The notes under the pieces are model-generated. The model worked only from the letters and a program-made list of their open reading frames with translations. It ran no database searches and was not told the DNA's origin. From positions 69,959 through 133,958 of the IMG/VR virus record IMGVR_UViG_3300033075_001751: 64,000 nucleotides of DNA; one strand, given 5' to 3'. Position numbers and translations under genes: made by a program. Origin of the DNA: a virus (taxonomy: Duplodnaviria > Caudoviricetes). Shown piece by piece: positions 19,789 through 28,400 of the stretch (position 1 is its first letter; each line of letters begins with the position of its first letter).

Positions 19789-20245
19789 TGCTCGTAATCC
19801 TACTGACAATGCGCTTGGTAAGCTTTTGATGCAACAGCTTACCCTTTCCGAAGCTTGGATAGTGTGCAACAACACGATCAAAGCCCGCAAGATCAATACG
19901 GTTAGGTTTCTTTTTGACATGTTCGATCCCCGGACTTATCCGTTTAACCGGAGCAAACATATCTTGCAGTGGTCCAAAATCGGTGAATGGGTTCAGGAGA
20001 ATCCCGACCAGAAAGCATGTCTACGTCAAGACCGGAAATGGGATTTGTCAACCGAAGTGAAGTATAAGGTTTGCAAAATGGTAACCAATACCCGCGAACC
20101 TCATCTTGGAGAACAGATGATTTTGGCTCAGTACGGCAAGTTTGTAAAAGAGACCCGGGATTTTTACGTGTTCGATGCAGGGAAAGATGGAGTGTTTAAA
20201 GTAGGAAGGGTTACATTGATATCTATTGATCCGGTAAAACCATGA
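19751..20245 (+). CDS. N-module family protein 4
   Basis: QKIIELIDARNPTDNALGKLLM. Confidence 0.8.
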   Translation: MKQEIQKIIELIDARNPTDNALGKLLMQQLTLSEAWIVCNNTIKARKINTVRFLFDMFDPRTYPFNRSKHILQWSKIGEWVQENPDQKACLRQDRKWDLSTEVKYKVCKMVTNTREPHLGEQMILAQYGKFVKETRDFYVFDAGKDGVFKVGRVTLISIDPVKP

Positions 20246-20625
20246 CAGAGCAAGAAAGAAAAATACTTGATCTGGTGTTTTCAGACGACTTGGATGAAAT
20301 GGTACTCGGCGTGCAGATGCTCAAACCTTTGACCTGCAAGGAATGTTGGTTGTTTTTGAATCACCTGTGGTTGGAGTATCCCTGGTGTTCCAAATCGGAA
20401 CGAGCCAAACGAATCATCTGGTCGCTGTATCCCAACGATTTTTCAGGTGACAGCAAACTTTTACTTGATGCAATGGGATGGGATGACCAGGTAAAAACGT
20501 GGGCTTTCAAAAATCCAGATCTGAAACATGATCCTGTTTGGAAATTTTGTGTACCCGCTTGGTTGAGTCCAGATGATACTGCGGAATATAGACGATTGAG
20601 AGTCAATGTCGATATAAAAATATGA
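20242..20625 (+). CDS. N-module family protein 5
   Basis: RKILDLVFSDDLDEMVLGVQML. Confidence 0.8.
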   Translation: MTEQERKILDLVFSDDLDEMVLGVQMLKPLTCKECWLFLNHLWLEYPWCSKSERAKRIIWSLYPNDFSGDSKLLLDAMGWDDQVKTWAFKNPDLKHDPVWKFCVPAWLSPDDTAEYRRLRVNVDIKI

Positions 20626-21146
20626 TTGATACACAGAAAATTCGTGAGTTGCTGATAAGCGATTCCGAAAGCGACGTAAAACTTGGTTTGCAGATCATGG
20701 CGAATCGCGATCACACATCTGCTTTTCGAGACCACAAGCCGGAGCTGTGGTTAGCGGGTAAAAAAGATGTACTGTGCGACCGAATATTGTACGGTAAAAA
20801 CGGAGTCTTTATCAATTCCTGTTTTGTCCAGTTTCATGAACATGACGTTACTATCGGATCTGAGCCTGATTGGTGGATTGTAGAGGAACGTACCGGCAAA
20901 GTCATTGAAAAGTACGATGTTATTGATTTGCACGAAGGATATGCTCTTAGTCATGACACTGAAATTCATCTTGACTTTTGGAGTAGAATACGAGTTTTGT
21001 TTGGAGCCAGGTTTTTTATGAAACATGAATGCAGTACCGATAAGATGGTCTGTGTGAGTAAAGGCAAGGCAACAATTACAATCGGTAAACCTAAACGAAT
21101 GATTCATCAGATGGAAAGTTTCAATCAATCAGGACCACAGTCATGA
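20622..21146 (+). CDS. N-module family protein 6
   Basis: QKIRELLISDSESDVKLGLQIM. Confidence 0.8.
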   Translation: MIDTQKIRELLISDSESDVKLGLQIMANRDHTSAFRDHKPELWLAGKKDVLCDRILYGKNGVFINSCFVQFHEHDVTIGSEPDWWIVEERTGKVIEKYDVIDLHEGYALSHDTEIHLDFWSRIRVLFGARFFMKHECSTDKMVCVSKGKATITIGKPKRMIHQMESFNQSGPQS

Positions 21147-21592
21147 AGAAAGAAGACGTTGATAAGATCATTGAAATGCTGGACTCTCGTGATACAGACC
21201 AAATCGCATTGGCAAGATTAATGCTGGAACAGGTTTTGCCGACACTTCCTAAATTCAGTCAAGAAATGATGACGGGTCATAAAGATTGGTTGGTGATTAC
21301 GGTATTTCAAGATCATAAAAAACTTTGGTGTGTTGCAAAAAATCAGATTTGGTTTGCTGATACTAAATTAAATGATCAACCTCTCTTGTACATGGAAAAA
21401 AAACCTTATACAAATCAAGGTAATGCCCTTGAAATATATCCTGCAATAGAATTTGATGCGAGTGGAATTTGGGTGAAAAATCCAACTCGCACTGGCGATA
21501 TTACAATGAAAAGTATACATCCTAAGCCTCTGCTTCAATCCCATAGATTTACAATCTTGGATTTTTCCGAGGATAATATTACCAAGATATGA
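21143..21592 (+). CDS. N-module family protein 7
   Basis: DKIIEMLDSRDTDQIALARLML. Confidence 0.8.
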   Translation: MKKEDVDKIIEMLDSRDTDQIALARLMLEQVLPTLPKFSQEMMTGHKDWLVITVFQDHKKLWCVAKNQIWFADTKLNDQPLLYMEKKPYTNQGNALEIYPAIEFDASGIWVKNPTRTGDITMKSIHPKPLLQSHRFTILDFSEDNITKI

Positions 21593-21900
21593 ATGATCAA
21601 TTGCAAAAGATACATGATCTTTTAGAATCAGAGAATATTGATGAAAGAAGGTTGGGAAAACAACTAATTAGAACTTATTTACAAACTGCTGATAAGCCTG
21701 ATGTGAGCATGTTGGTTGTCGGAGCAGCCTATGATGTTACAGGTGTTGTGTGGGAAAAAGGTGTAATACCTTGCATCAAAACCGCAACTAGAATATTTAA
21801 AGGATTCTCAGCAAACGGACAACTTATTACTTTCAATACTTCTGAAGGTTTTTTTGTTGATCGTATCTTATCAATTTCACCTGCATCAAGTGTTGTATGA
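21589..21900 (+). CDS. N-module family protein 8 (small beta-barrel cargo)
   Basis: QKIHDLLESENIDERRLGKQLI...LVVGAAY...FFVDRILSISP. Confidence 0.8.
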   Translation: MNDQLQKIHDLLESENIDERRLGKQLIRTYLQTADKPDVSMLVVGAAYDVTGVVWEKGVIPCIKTATRIFKGFSANGQLITFNTSEGFFVDRILSISPASSVV

Positions 21901-22244
21901 ACGAACAATTAGTCAAGATAGAAGAACTCTTGAGAGCAAATGAGTCTCGTGATTTGGGACAAAGATTGCTCAAGATGTACATGGATCAGATGACATTGTT
22001 GGATTTCAAGTCATTTGAGATTGGAAAGAAATACAATCTGCTTATTGGAATGAATCCTGATACATTAGGTTTCGATATTTATTGCCACCCTCTTATGCGG
22101 TTTGAGTATTACCGAAAATTCACGAACAGTGAACATGTCATGTTGACATTTACCTCACCAGATAGTAAAGTTCACTTTATACGACTGGATACTATTCTTG
22201 CTATCAAGGAAGTTCCGACTAACACATTTGTACCTATAGGATGA
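21897..22244 (+). CDS. N-module family protein 9 (small beta-barrel cargo)
   Basis: VKIEELLRANESRDLGQRLL...FEIGKKY...IRLDTILAI. Confidence 0.8.
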   Translation: MNEQLVKIEELLRANESRDLGQRLLKMYMDQMTLLDFKSFEIGKKYNLLIGMNPDTLGFDIYCHPLMRFEYYRKFTNSEHVMLTFTSPDSKVHFIRLDTILAIKEVPTNTFVPIG

Positions 22245-22495
22245 AAGAGCAGCTTGACAAGATTATTGAAATGCCGTATGAACAGCGTCAACTAGCTCAC
22301 GATCTGCTCAGGATTATTGTTCGTAATAATCGACCTGTTTCCATGGGAGAGTTGTCACGCGCAAGAAGATATCGGTTTTATATGATCAGTCATAATCAAG
22401 GATTATTAACTGTTAATGTAATGGATTGTAATCCTTTTGCTCTTAGTGCCCCTTTTGGTGTAGAATGGATCATTATTCACGCAGAAGAAATATGA
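22241..22495 (+). CDS. N-module family protein 10 (shortened)
   Basis: DKIIEMPYEQRQLAHDLL. Confidence 0.75.
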   Translation: MKEQLDKIIEMPYEQRQLAHDLLRIIVRNNRPVSMGELSRARRYRFYMISHNQGLLTVNVMDCNPFALSAPFGVEWIIIHAEEI

Positions 22496-22812
22496 AAGAA
22501 CAACTTGAAAAAGTAATAGAGATGCTCAATTCTTCGAATCATAATGAGAAATTACTGGGTATTCAATTTATTGAAAACTTGAGAGCTACACTGAACTCCA
22601 CTGTATTTGTACCGGTTCGATATCGTTTGTATTACATAACATCATTTACGTTTCTTAGACAGCATAGCGGTAAAGACTACGATCAAACGATATTGGCGGT
22701 GAGCTGTACAGAAGCTCAATGGTCTGGATGGAAGACAAGTTCCCTTACAGGAGATCGTGAACCTATTTTTAATACAACTGTAACCGGTGTCATAGCCGCA
22801 GAAAGAATATGA
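22492..22812 (+). CDS. N-module family protein 11
   Basis: EKVIEMLNSSNHNEKLLGIQFI. Confidence 0.8.
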   Translation: MKEQLEKVIEMLNSSNHNEKLLGIQFIENLRATLNSTVFVPVRYRLYYITSFTFLRQHSGKDYDQTILAVSCTEAQWSGWKTSSLTGDREPIFNTTVTGVIAAERI

Positions 22813-23129
22813 AAGAAGAGTTTGTCAAGATATCTGAACTACTGCGTTCTAAAAATGTTGCAGATGTAGAGTTAGCCTGGCTTTTGATCAACAATTATAC
22901 TGCTGCTCATCGTCCCTCGGCTATCTCTTTGGAAGAAGATAAATCTTATCTTATTACTCGGGCAAGCATGGAAGGAAAAATATATCGCGATGAACAGATT
23001 TACAAAAGTCGAGAAAAGCTCAATTTCGTAAATGTGCTTCATATAATAAACCCTTCTTCTAATACACACTGGTACATTAGAGAGCACTGGATACTGGAAA
23101 TCGTACCTCATGATTTGGAAACACAATGA
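22809..23129 (+). CDS. N-module family protein 12 (small beta-barrel cargo)
   Basis: VKISELLRSKNVADVELAWLLI...LEEDKSY...WILEIVP. Confidence 0.8.
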   Translation: MKEEFVKISELLRSKNVADVELAWLLINNYTAAHRPSAISLEEDKSYLITRASMEGKIYRDEQIYKSREKLNFVNVLHIINPSSNTHWYIREHWILEIVPHDLETQ

Positions 23130-23590
23130 AAGAACAATTTAAAAAAATAGAAGAGCTGCTTCGATCTGAAGATATTAACTCAAGACAACTTGGGAGACAA
23201 ATGATAAGAAATTATCGAGCCGAATATCCTCTTTTAGAACTAAAAGTAGGAAAAAGATACAACATTGTTTGGGTTAGTGGTCAATACAGACCTAATTTAC
23301 AAAGTATGGATAGGCTGACTTTCAGTTCTACGGTTTGCGATCCTTCGACACACTGGAATAAGGTTGTATGTTTTACCGACGTTCATAGAGGAGTACACAA
23401 GTTTTTATTGAGTTCACTCTTAGATATCACTCATGAAAGAAGAATTCAAAAAAAATGGATGATCTGCTTCAGTCCCGAGATCCTTCCGAAAGGGGGTTGG
23501 GATTGCAATTGGTCCGGAGCTACATCCAAGAAAACAAGCCTTGTAATGTCAATCTTGAGAAAGGCAAGAACTACAAGGTCACCTGGCTAA
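23126..23590 (+). CDS. N-module family protein 13 (would end at 23462 if the A8 tract were A7)
   Basis: KKIEELLRSEDINSRQLGRQMI...LKVGKRY. Confidence 0.75.
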   Translation: MKEQFKKIEELLRSEDINSRQLGRQMIRNYRAEYPLLELKVGKRYNIVWVSGQYRPNLQSMDRLTFSSTVCDPSTHWNKVVCFTDVHRGVHKFLLSSLLDITHERRIQKKWMICFSPEILPKGGWDCNWSGATSKKTSLVMSILRKARTTRSPG

Positions 23591-23748
23591 GAGAGATGGG
23601 CTCGTTGAAAAACATAATTCAATATACCCAAATAGACTTTGAAGGAAGATTTACCCATTATGAGCAAACTCGTAGGAAATATAGAGTCTTGCGATTCATG
23701 AATACCAGTATCCGTTCTGATGATGTACTTGAAATTGTACCGGTATGA
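23433..23748 (+). pseudogene. N-module family protein 14, +1 frameshift in an A8 tract (or expressed from ATG 23455)
   Basis: ATG AAA GAA GAA TTC AAA AAA A ATG GAT GAT CTG; removing one A gives MKEEFKKMDDLLQSRDPSERGLGLQLV. Confidence 0.7.
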
Positions 23749-24050
23749 ACCAAGAGATGATAGACAAGATCAACGAAATGCTCGGCTCAAAAAACAAATC
23801 AGAAGTGGAACTTGGTCGGCAAATGATTCGAACCTGGGTAGAAGAGAACCAACCCTGCAACGTACCGTTGGTGGAAGGTCAAAAGTATCTCGTTACCTAC
23901 TTGAGTATGGATCGATGGATAGAAAGATATGCATTTAGATTCAAAAGAAGGGTCTGGGAATGGTATCAACAACAGGAAAAAGCCATGCTCCAGTTTGAAT
24001 ACAATACTCAAATCTCGGTAAACAGGATTGTGAAAATTGTACCAGTTTAA
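23745..24050 (+). CDS. N-module family protein 15 (small beta-barrel cargo)
   Basis: DKINEMLGSKNKSEVELGRQMI...LVEGQKY...RIVKIVPV. Confidence 0.8.
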   Translation: MNQEMIDKINEMLGSKNKSEVELGRQMIRTWVEENQPCNVPLVEGQKYLVTYLSMDRWIERYAFRFKRRVWEWYQQQEKAMLQFEYNTQISVNRIVKIVPV

Positions 24051-24060
24051 ACGCAAAACA

Positions 24061-24372
24061 ATGAAAGAAGAATTCATTAAGATGAAAGAGATGTTGTTGT
24101 CCGGTGATCCCGAAACGATAAGTCTGGGCAAGCAGTTGATCGCAAATCATATCCGTAGACGCAAGCTCATGAAATTGGAGGAAGGAGTAACTTACATGTT
24201 CACCTGGTGGAATGAGTTTACCGGCATCTATTGTCGTGAAAAGCTTTATCTCGGAGAGTACGCAGGTCTCGGACCAAGACGAATAAGGTTGCAAAGCTTC
24301 ATGGCGGAAACCACATTGAAAAGAGAGTTAATTTTGGATGTCGTAACAATTGACGAGTTTAACGAAACGTAA
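24061..24372 (+). CDS. N-module family protein 16 (small beta-barrel cargo)
   Basis: IKMKEMLLSGDPETISLGKQLI...LEEGVTY...LILDV. Confidence 0.8.
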   Translation: MKEEFIKMKEMLLSGDPETISLGKQLIANHIRRRKLMKLEEGVTYMFTWWNEFTGIYCREKLYLGEYAGLGPRRIRLQSFMAETTLKRELILDVVTIDEFNET

Positions 24373-24373
24373 A

Positions 24374-24679
24374 ATGAAAACAGAGCTACTCAAAATAAAA
24401 CAGTTGTTTGAATCAGACAATCCCGATGATCAAGAATTGGCTATAGTGATATCCAAGAGATACATCCAGATAAATCAGCCGGCAGAGAAAGAGTTGGAAA
24501 TAGGTAAAAAGTACATCGTTACTTTCATGAGCCAACTTGAGAAAACAGTAAAGCAATACGAAGAGCTTTTTGAAGGTATGATAACGTCTAATGGAATGGA
24601 ACTCTTCAACTGGAACAACCCAGATTTTGGAAGAATACGACTTGCAAAATGGAGGATCTTGGACATTTCACCAATTTAA
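24374..24679 (+). CDS. N-module family protein 17 (small beta-barrel cargo)
   Basis: LKIKQLFESDNPDDQELAIVI...LEIGKKY...RILDISPI. Confidence 0.8.
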   Translation: MKTELLKIKQLFESDNPDDQELAIVISKRYIQINQPAEKELEIGKKYIVTFMSQLEKTVKQYEELFEGMITSNGMELFNWNNPDFGRIRLAKWRILDISPI

Positions 24680-24684
24680 ACGCA

Positions 24685-24864
24685 ATGAAGGAAAACAAAA
24701 AGAAACCGCTGTGTACGATATGCGATGATAAAGGATGGATATGGGAGCATCGCTACTCTAGTATAAGTAAACCTTGTCCCTGTTGTCACCATGGAGTACC
24801 AAACGTATGGAAGGAGATCAGGATAGCGCAGATTCTCACCGGTTTGAAATTTCCAAAATTGTAA
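24685..24864 (+). CDS. small zinc-ribbon protein
   Basis: CTICDDKGW...PCPCC. Confidence 0.6.
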   Translation: MKENKKKPLCTICDDKGWIWEHRYSSISKPCPCCHHGVPNVWKEIRIAQILTGLKFPKL

Positions 24865-25000
24865 AAAATTTTGGGGATGAAATTTTAGAGTGTGTTTCTG
24901 TCTCTGTGGAGTCTTCCATTGCACCTCCCCCGCCTCTCCGAAAATCCGAACCACCCCCGGTCAAGTTATGAACCCCTTTACGAATTGAAAAGCATGTCTT

Positions 25001-25192
25001 ATGGATAATTTCTTTGTATCATTCATGATGTTCATTACAGCGTTCTTCTTGGTATGTGCGATCATCTTCGTTCATATCATCCAGACTCATGATCTTATCT
25101 CTCACATTTTGTTGGGAGTGTTTGGTCTCATGATGTCTATTGCATTAATGGGCATTAGCACCTTTGCAATCGAGGAGGAAATGGGGCATTAG
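25001..25192 (+). CDS. small two-TM membrane protein
   Basis: Hydrophobic ORF between the motif and a hairpin. Confidence 0.6.
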   Translation: MDNFFVSFMMFITAFFLVCAIIFVHIIQTHDLISHILLGVFGLMMSIALMGISTFAIEEEMGH

Positions 25193-25236
25193 CCCCTATT
25201 CCTTTGAATCGCATGAGAGAACCCCTTTCAAAGCGC

Positions 25237-25425
25237 ATGGAAACAACTACGTGTGTGAATCCACGCTACAAGGTAGTGATGGAGATTGTCAAACCTGAAG
25301 GTTTGAAGGATATGCAAGCCAAGATCAACCAATGGATCACAACCAAGCAGTTGGTCAAGGTTGAGACTCAGCCCATGTTCGATGGTTCGATCTTCTTTAA
25401 GATCATCCAACTGAAGCAGGAGTGA
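25237..25425 (+). CDS. small early protein
   Basis: ATG 8 nt after the motif. Confidence 0.6.
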   Translation: METTTCVNPRYKVVMEIVKPEGLKDMQAKINQWITTKQLVKVETQPMFDGSIFFKIIQLKQE

Positions 25426-25488
25426 TCCTACTTCTTTGTATCGAACAAAACCCCTTTGTGAGGTTGCGCAAAATAACGCGCTAGAAAT

Positions 25489-25674
25489 ATGGAATACGCT
25501 GTATGGTACACATGTGTGACAATGATGCATCCAAGAGGACGCACCAATAGGACTTATTTTCGTTGGTCTGAGGCATTCGGAAGACCTGTTGCGGTCACCA
25601 GAATGACTGAAAAGGAATACAACAAGGTTCCTTATGAGTCAGGTATGCTCAAGAAAACACTGTATGTGAATTAA
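25489..25674 (+). CDS. small early protein
   Basis: Motif upstream, hairpin downstream. Confidence 0.6.
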   Translation: MEYAVWYTCVTMMHPRGRTNRTYFRWSEAFGRPVAVTRMTEKEYNKVPYESGMLKKTLYVN

Positions 25675-25729
25675 GATAAGGGCGTTTGCCCCTATTCTTT
25701 ACCATCGTAAAAAACCCCTTTCAAAGACC

Positions 25730-25929
25730 ATGAAAAAGATCATTCTGATTGTCATTGCCCTGGTGGGTAGTGCAGTCCTTGCTCAATACTTGTCGTCGAC
25801 CATCGTCCGACATGATCTCACCATCTATCACAACATGAAATGAAGTTCGATCCATGGGGTACCACCGGAGCTCTGATTACGATCGGAGCTGTGCTGGTCG
25901 CAGTCATTCTGGCTGTCTTGCAGAGTTGA
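25730..25929 (+). CDS. two tiny membrane peptides (25730-25843, 37 aa; 25840-25929, 29 aa)
   Basis: MKKIILIVIALVGSAVLAQY... and MKFDPWGTTGALITIGAVLVAVILAVLQS, ATGA overlap, flanked by motif and hairpin. Confidence 0.5.
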
Positions 25930-26013
25930 GTACCTTCGGGTATTCCTCTTTGTATCGTAACAATTCCTAGGTAAGTTCGATACGGAGATATGTCCGTCGA
26001 GACAACCCCTTTT

Positions 26014-26122
26014 CAATCTTGTAAGTTTTCCGAAAGGGACACACCAATCCAGTATCCTGAATCGGGTGCGGTGTGAAGGAGAAGAATTCAGGCATTACCT
26101 GCTCGGTGTCTGAGCAGGATTG
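26014..26122 (+). ncRNA. putative structured ncRNA A
   Basis: Closing stem CAATCTTG/CAGGATTG enclosing three hairpins; motif upstream, U-tailed terminator 26122-26168 downstream; no ORF. Confidence 0.5.
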
Positions 26123-26250
26123 AAACCAGTGACCCAATTCAAACGGGGAAACTGGTTTCTTTTTCTTTGAGTCGGTGTAAAAATATAAGCGTCCGGACGT
26201 AAGAACCCCTTTTTAAGAGTGCGCTTCAAATAACACTGCGCGTCAATATC

Positions 26251-26550
26251 ATGAAAGCTTTTGCATTTGGTTTCAACATTTTCACCATCGCTGGTATTTC
26301 CTATTCTGTATCCAAGTACACCAAGACCCGTGCGGTTGCCAGTGCTATCTACCGCGAGCTGGTTGCCGCGAAGTTGGAGCAGTTTGTCGAAATCCAGAAA
26401 GACAACCGTACACAAGATGCCTACATTGTCTGCATGGTCACACCGTTTACTGAAGGACAGGTTCACCCTGCGTTGGAGATTCTGCGCAAGCACAGCAAGG
26501 ATAATGCTGTTGCGAACAAGGAAAAATTGCTGGCAGAACTTGCTGGCTGA
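26251..26550 (+). CDS. early protein with highly-expressed codon bias
   Basis: Own motif and terminator (GAAGGC-ATCTGC-GCCTTC plus T tract). Confidence 0.75.
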   Translation: MKAFAFGFNIFTIAGISYSVSKYTKTRAVASAIYRELVAAKLEQFVEIQKDNRTQDAYIVCMVTPFTEGQVHPALEILRKHSKDNAVANKEKLLAELAG

Positions 26551-26604
26551 TACGGAATGAAGGCATCTGCGCCTTCTTCTTTGTTTTGTTGCAACAACCC
26601 CTTT

Positions 26605-26745
26605 TCTTGATAGTGTATGCAGCACATTCCGCCAGGTCTAATCCTCTGCGGCTAAACATGTAAGTCCCTAACGGGCAACTCCGGGAGGCATACCCGGTTC
26701 ATCCTCAATTCGTGCTCGGGGATTTGGATGAAGCAAAACAAGGGC
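26605..26745 (+). ncRNA. putative structured ncRNA B
   Basis: Four hairpins (CCGC/GCGG, CCC/GGG, CCGGG/CCCGG, TTCATCC/GGATGAA) between the motif and terminator 26748-26780; no ORF. Confidence 0.45.
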
Positions 26746-26853
26746 GGGGAGAGGGCTGACGAGCTCTCTCCTATCTTTTTTGTTCTGTAGCTCATCCCAA
26801 TCCCTTTCTTACCAAGTATTTAATCACATTTGTTTCACCTAAATCCTACGAAA

Positions 26854-27234
26854 ATGCACTCGAATACAGAAGTACTTTCTACACTCGAACTTGAAACAGG
26901 TTCACGTTTCTCCAAGATTGATATGATCCTCGAATCAGTCTTGGATCCCAATGCCGATACAGGTGATGCTACCGTACTCACCATCAAAATCGAGGATAAG
27001 TCCGAAAAAGTCTATGCGACATTCAGACTCTCCAAAGATGAGCTCTTCAAGCTGCGCAATTGGTTGAACGGTTATGTCTGTGACGCGGAACCTGCAGCCA
27101 ACCCTGATCCTCACGGTGACGACCTGCGTGCACAGATCCAGGCTCTTGTCGAGCAGGGTGTGAGCGAGCGTGATGTCCGTCTCAAGAATCTGCGCGCTGA
27201 CCTTTACGAACATGTAGAGGACGAACGTAAATAA
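26854..27234 (+). CDS. hypothetical early protein
   Basis: ATG after the CACCTAAA leader; hairpin downstream. Confidence 0.7.
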   Translation: MHSNTEVLSTLELETGSRFSKIDMILESVLDPNADTGDATVLTIKIEDKSEKVYATFRLSKDELFKLRNWLNGYVCDAEPAANPDPHGDDLRAQIQALVEQGVSERDVRLKNLRADLYEHVEDERK

Positions 27235-27286
27235 TATCAAGGGAGCATCTGCGCTCCCATCCTATTCACCTCAAATCGCATGTAAT

Positions 27287-27514
27287 ATGATTAAGAATAT
27301 GACTTTCGCCGAAGAAATGGCAGCATTGAAGAGCTTGCCGCAATCTAAAAAACGCCAAGCATCCAACAAGTTATTGGGTAGATTTGACAGGATGTCCAAT
27401 GCCGAAAAAGATCTTGAGAAAGATGCGGTGAGGGAATTCTGTCTATACCGCATAGATGAAAATGAAAAGATTATCGATGCTAACAATAGAGCCATCAATA
27501 GTCTCCGATCATGA
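27287..27514 (+). CDS. hypothetical protein
   Basis: ORF with leader motif. Confidence 0.55.
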   Translation: MIKNMTFAEEMAALKSLPQSKKRQASNKLLGRFDRMSNAEKDLEKDAVREFCLYRIDENEKIIDANNRAINSLRS

Positions 27515-27600
27515 ATATCAGGTTCAAGAAATGGAACTGCGTCCTACGCTTCGCCAAGTACGAAAACGGCAGGATTGCGATTCCCTCATGGTCAGGATGA
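27511..27600 (+). pseudogene. truncated paralog of the DUF4313-like gene at 29647
   Basis: MNIRFKKWNCVLRFAKYENGRIAI versus MIIKFKKWSCSLKWGKYSNGRPAL, then similarity stops abruptly. Confidence 0.7.
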
Positions 27601-27662
27601 GGAGGCAATGGTACCATTGAGGGAAAAGGAAAAGGAGCCCGTAAGCTCCTTGTTCCCTATCC

Positions 27663-27935
27663 TCACTTTGCTTCCAACTTTGCCTTTCGCAGCTTCGCCT
27701 TCGTGAGCTTGAAGAACTTGTAGCATTCACCCACTTGCTTTTCGGTCATGACGAGGGATGAGCCCATGCAGGGCATCCCGATCGAGACCTCGACTTCCAA
27801 CCTGTGCTCCATGAAGTTGACATGGAACTCCATTCCATCGGGATCATCCGCTGGGGTTATGGAGCATGTCGTAATTTCCTTCTTGAAGGCTTCGAAACGC
27901 TCCTCAAGTTCTTGTGCTTTTGTCTTTCTAGCCAT
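27663..27935 (-). CDS. hypothetical protein
   Basis: Lies 3 nt downstream of the RepL-like gene. Confidence 0.65.
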   Translation of the reverse strand: MARKTKAQELEERFEAFKKEITTCSITPADDPDGMEFHVNFMEHRLEVEVSIGMPCMGSSLVMTEKQVGECYKFFKLTKAKLRKAKLEAK

Positions 27936-27938
27936 GGT

Positions 27939-28400
27939 TCAGCAATCTGGACATTCAACTTCAAGAATAGCCTTGAGATTGCCGTTTCTAACCTTGTCGC
28001 CGCCCCGAAAGATGTGCCGGGGGTTGATCTTGTAGAGAGACCCGTTCAACCTCACGATCATCTTGCGCTCGACCAGGAAGGTGACTGCATTGTCGAACGA
28101 CCTCGCACTCCATCCCAGCTCCTTGGCTATGACCTGCTTGAAGGGCTTGGTCATGCTGAACTCCTGACCTTGGGAGTAGCGTTCCATCAACGAGGCGAAA
28201 AGGGAGACACGCACGTCGTCGCTCTGCTTGAGGAACATGACCATCGAAGAGTACATCAACCAGAAGCCCTCCTTGTCCGGTACGAGGTATTTGATCTTGT
28301 TGATCCTGGTGTCAACGACCTCTCCTGTCTCCATATCGACTACATCCGTTACACGAGTGGCTCCAACCCGTAGGTGAGCCTCCGTTCCTTTTGTATTCAT
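27939..28400 (-). CDS. RepL-like winged-HTH protein
   Basis: VDMETGEV N-terminus, IAKELGWSARSFDNAV HTH, YKINP.HIFRG; likely start MNTKG at 28400. Confidence 0.7.
   Translation of the reverse strand: MNTKGTEAHLRVGATRVTDVVDMETGEVVDTRINKIKYLVPDKEGFWLMYSSMVMFLKQSDDVRVSLFASLMERYSQGQEFSMTKPFKQVIAKELGWSARSFDNAVTFLVERKMIVRLNGSLYKINPRHIFRGGDKVRNGNLKAILEVECPDC

Noticed and set aside
18665-24679. Diversity-generating retroelement or CRISPR-like array as the source of the variation
   Set aside because: No reverse transcriptase, no template/variable repeat pair differing at adenines, and no nucleotide-level repeats; similarity is at the protein level only.
24971-26810. CRISPR or integron array
   Set aside because: The repeat is only ~9 nt with irregular 190-400 nt spacing; no cas or integrase gene and no attC-like ends were seen.
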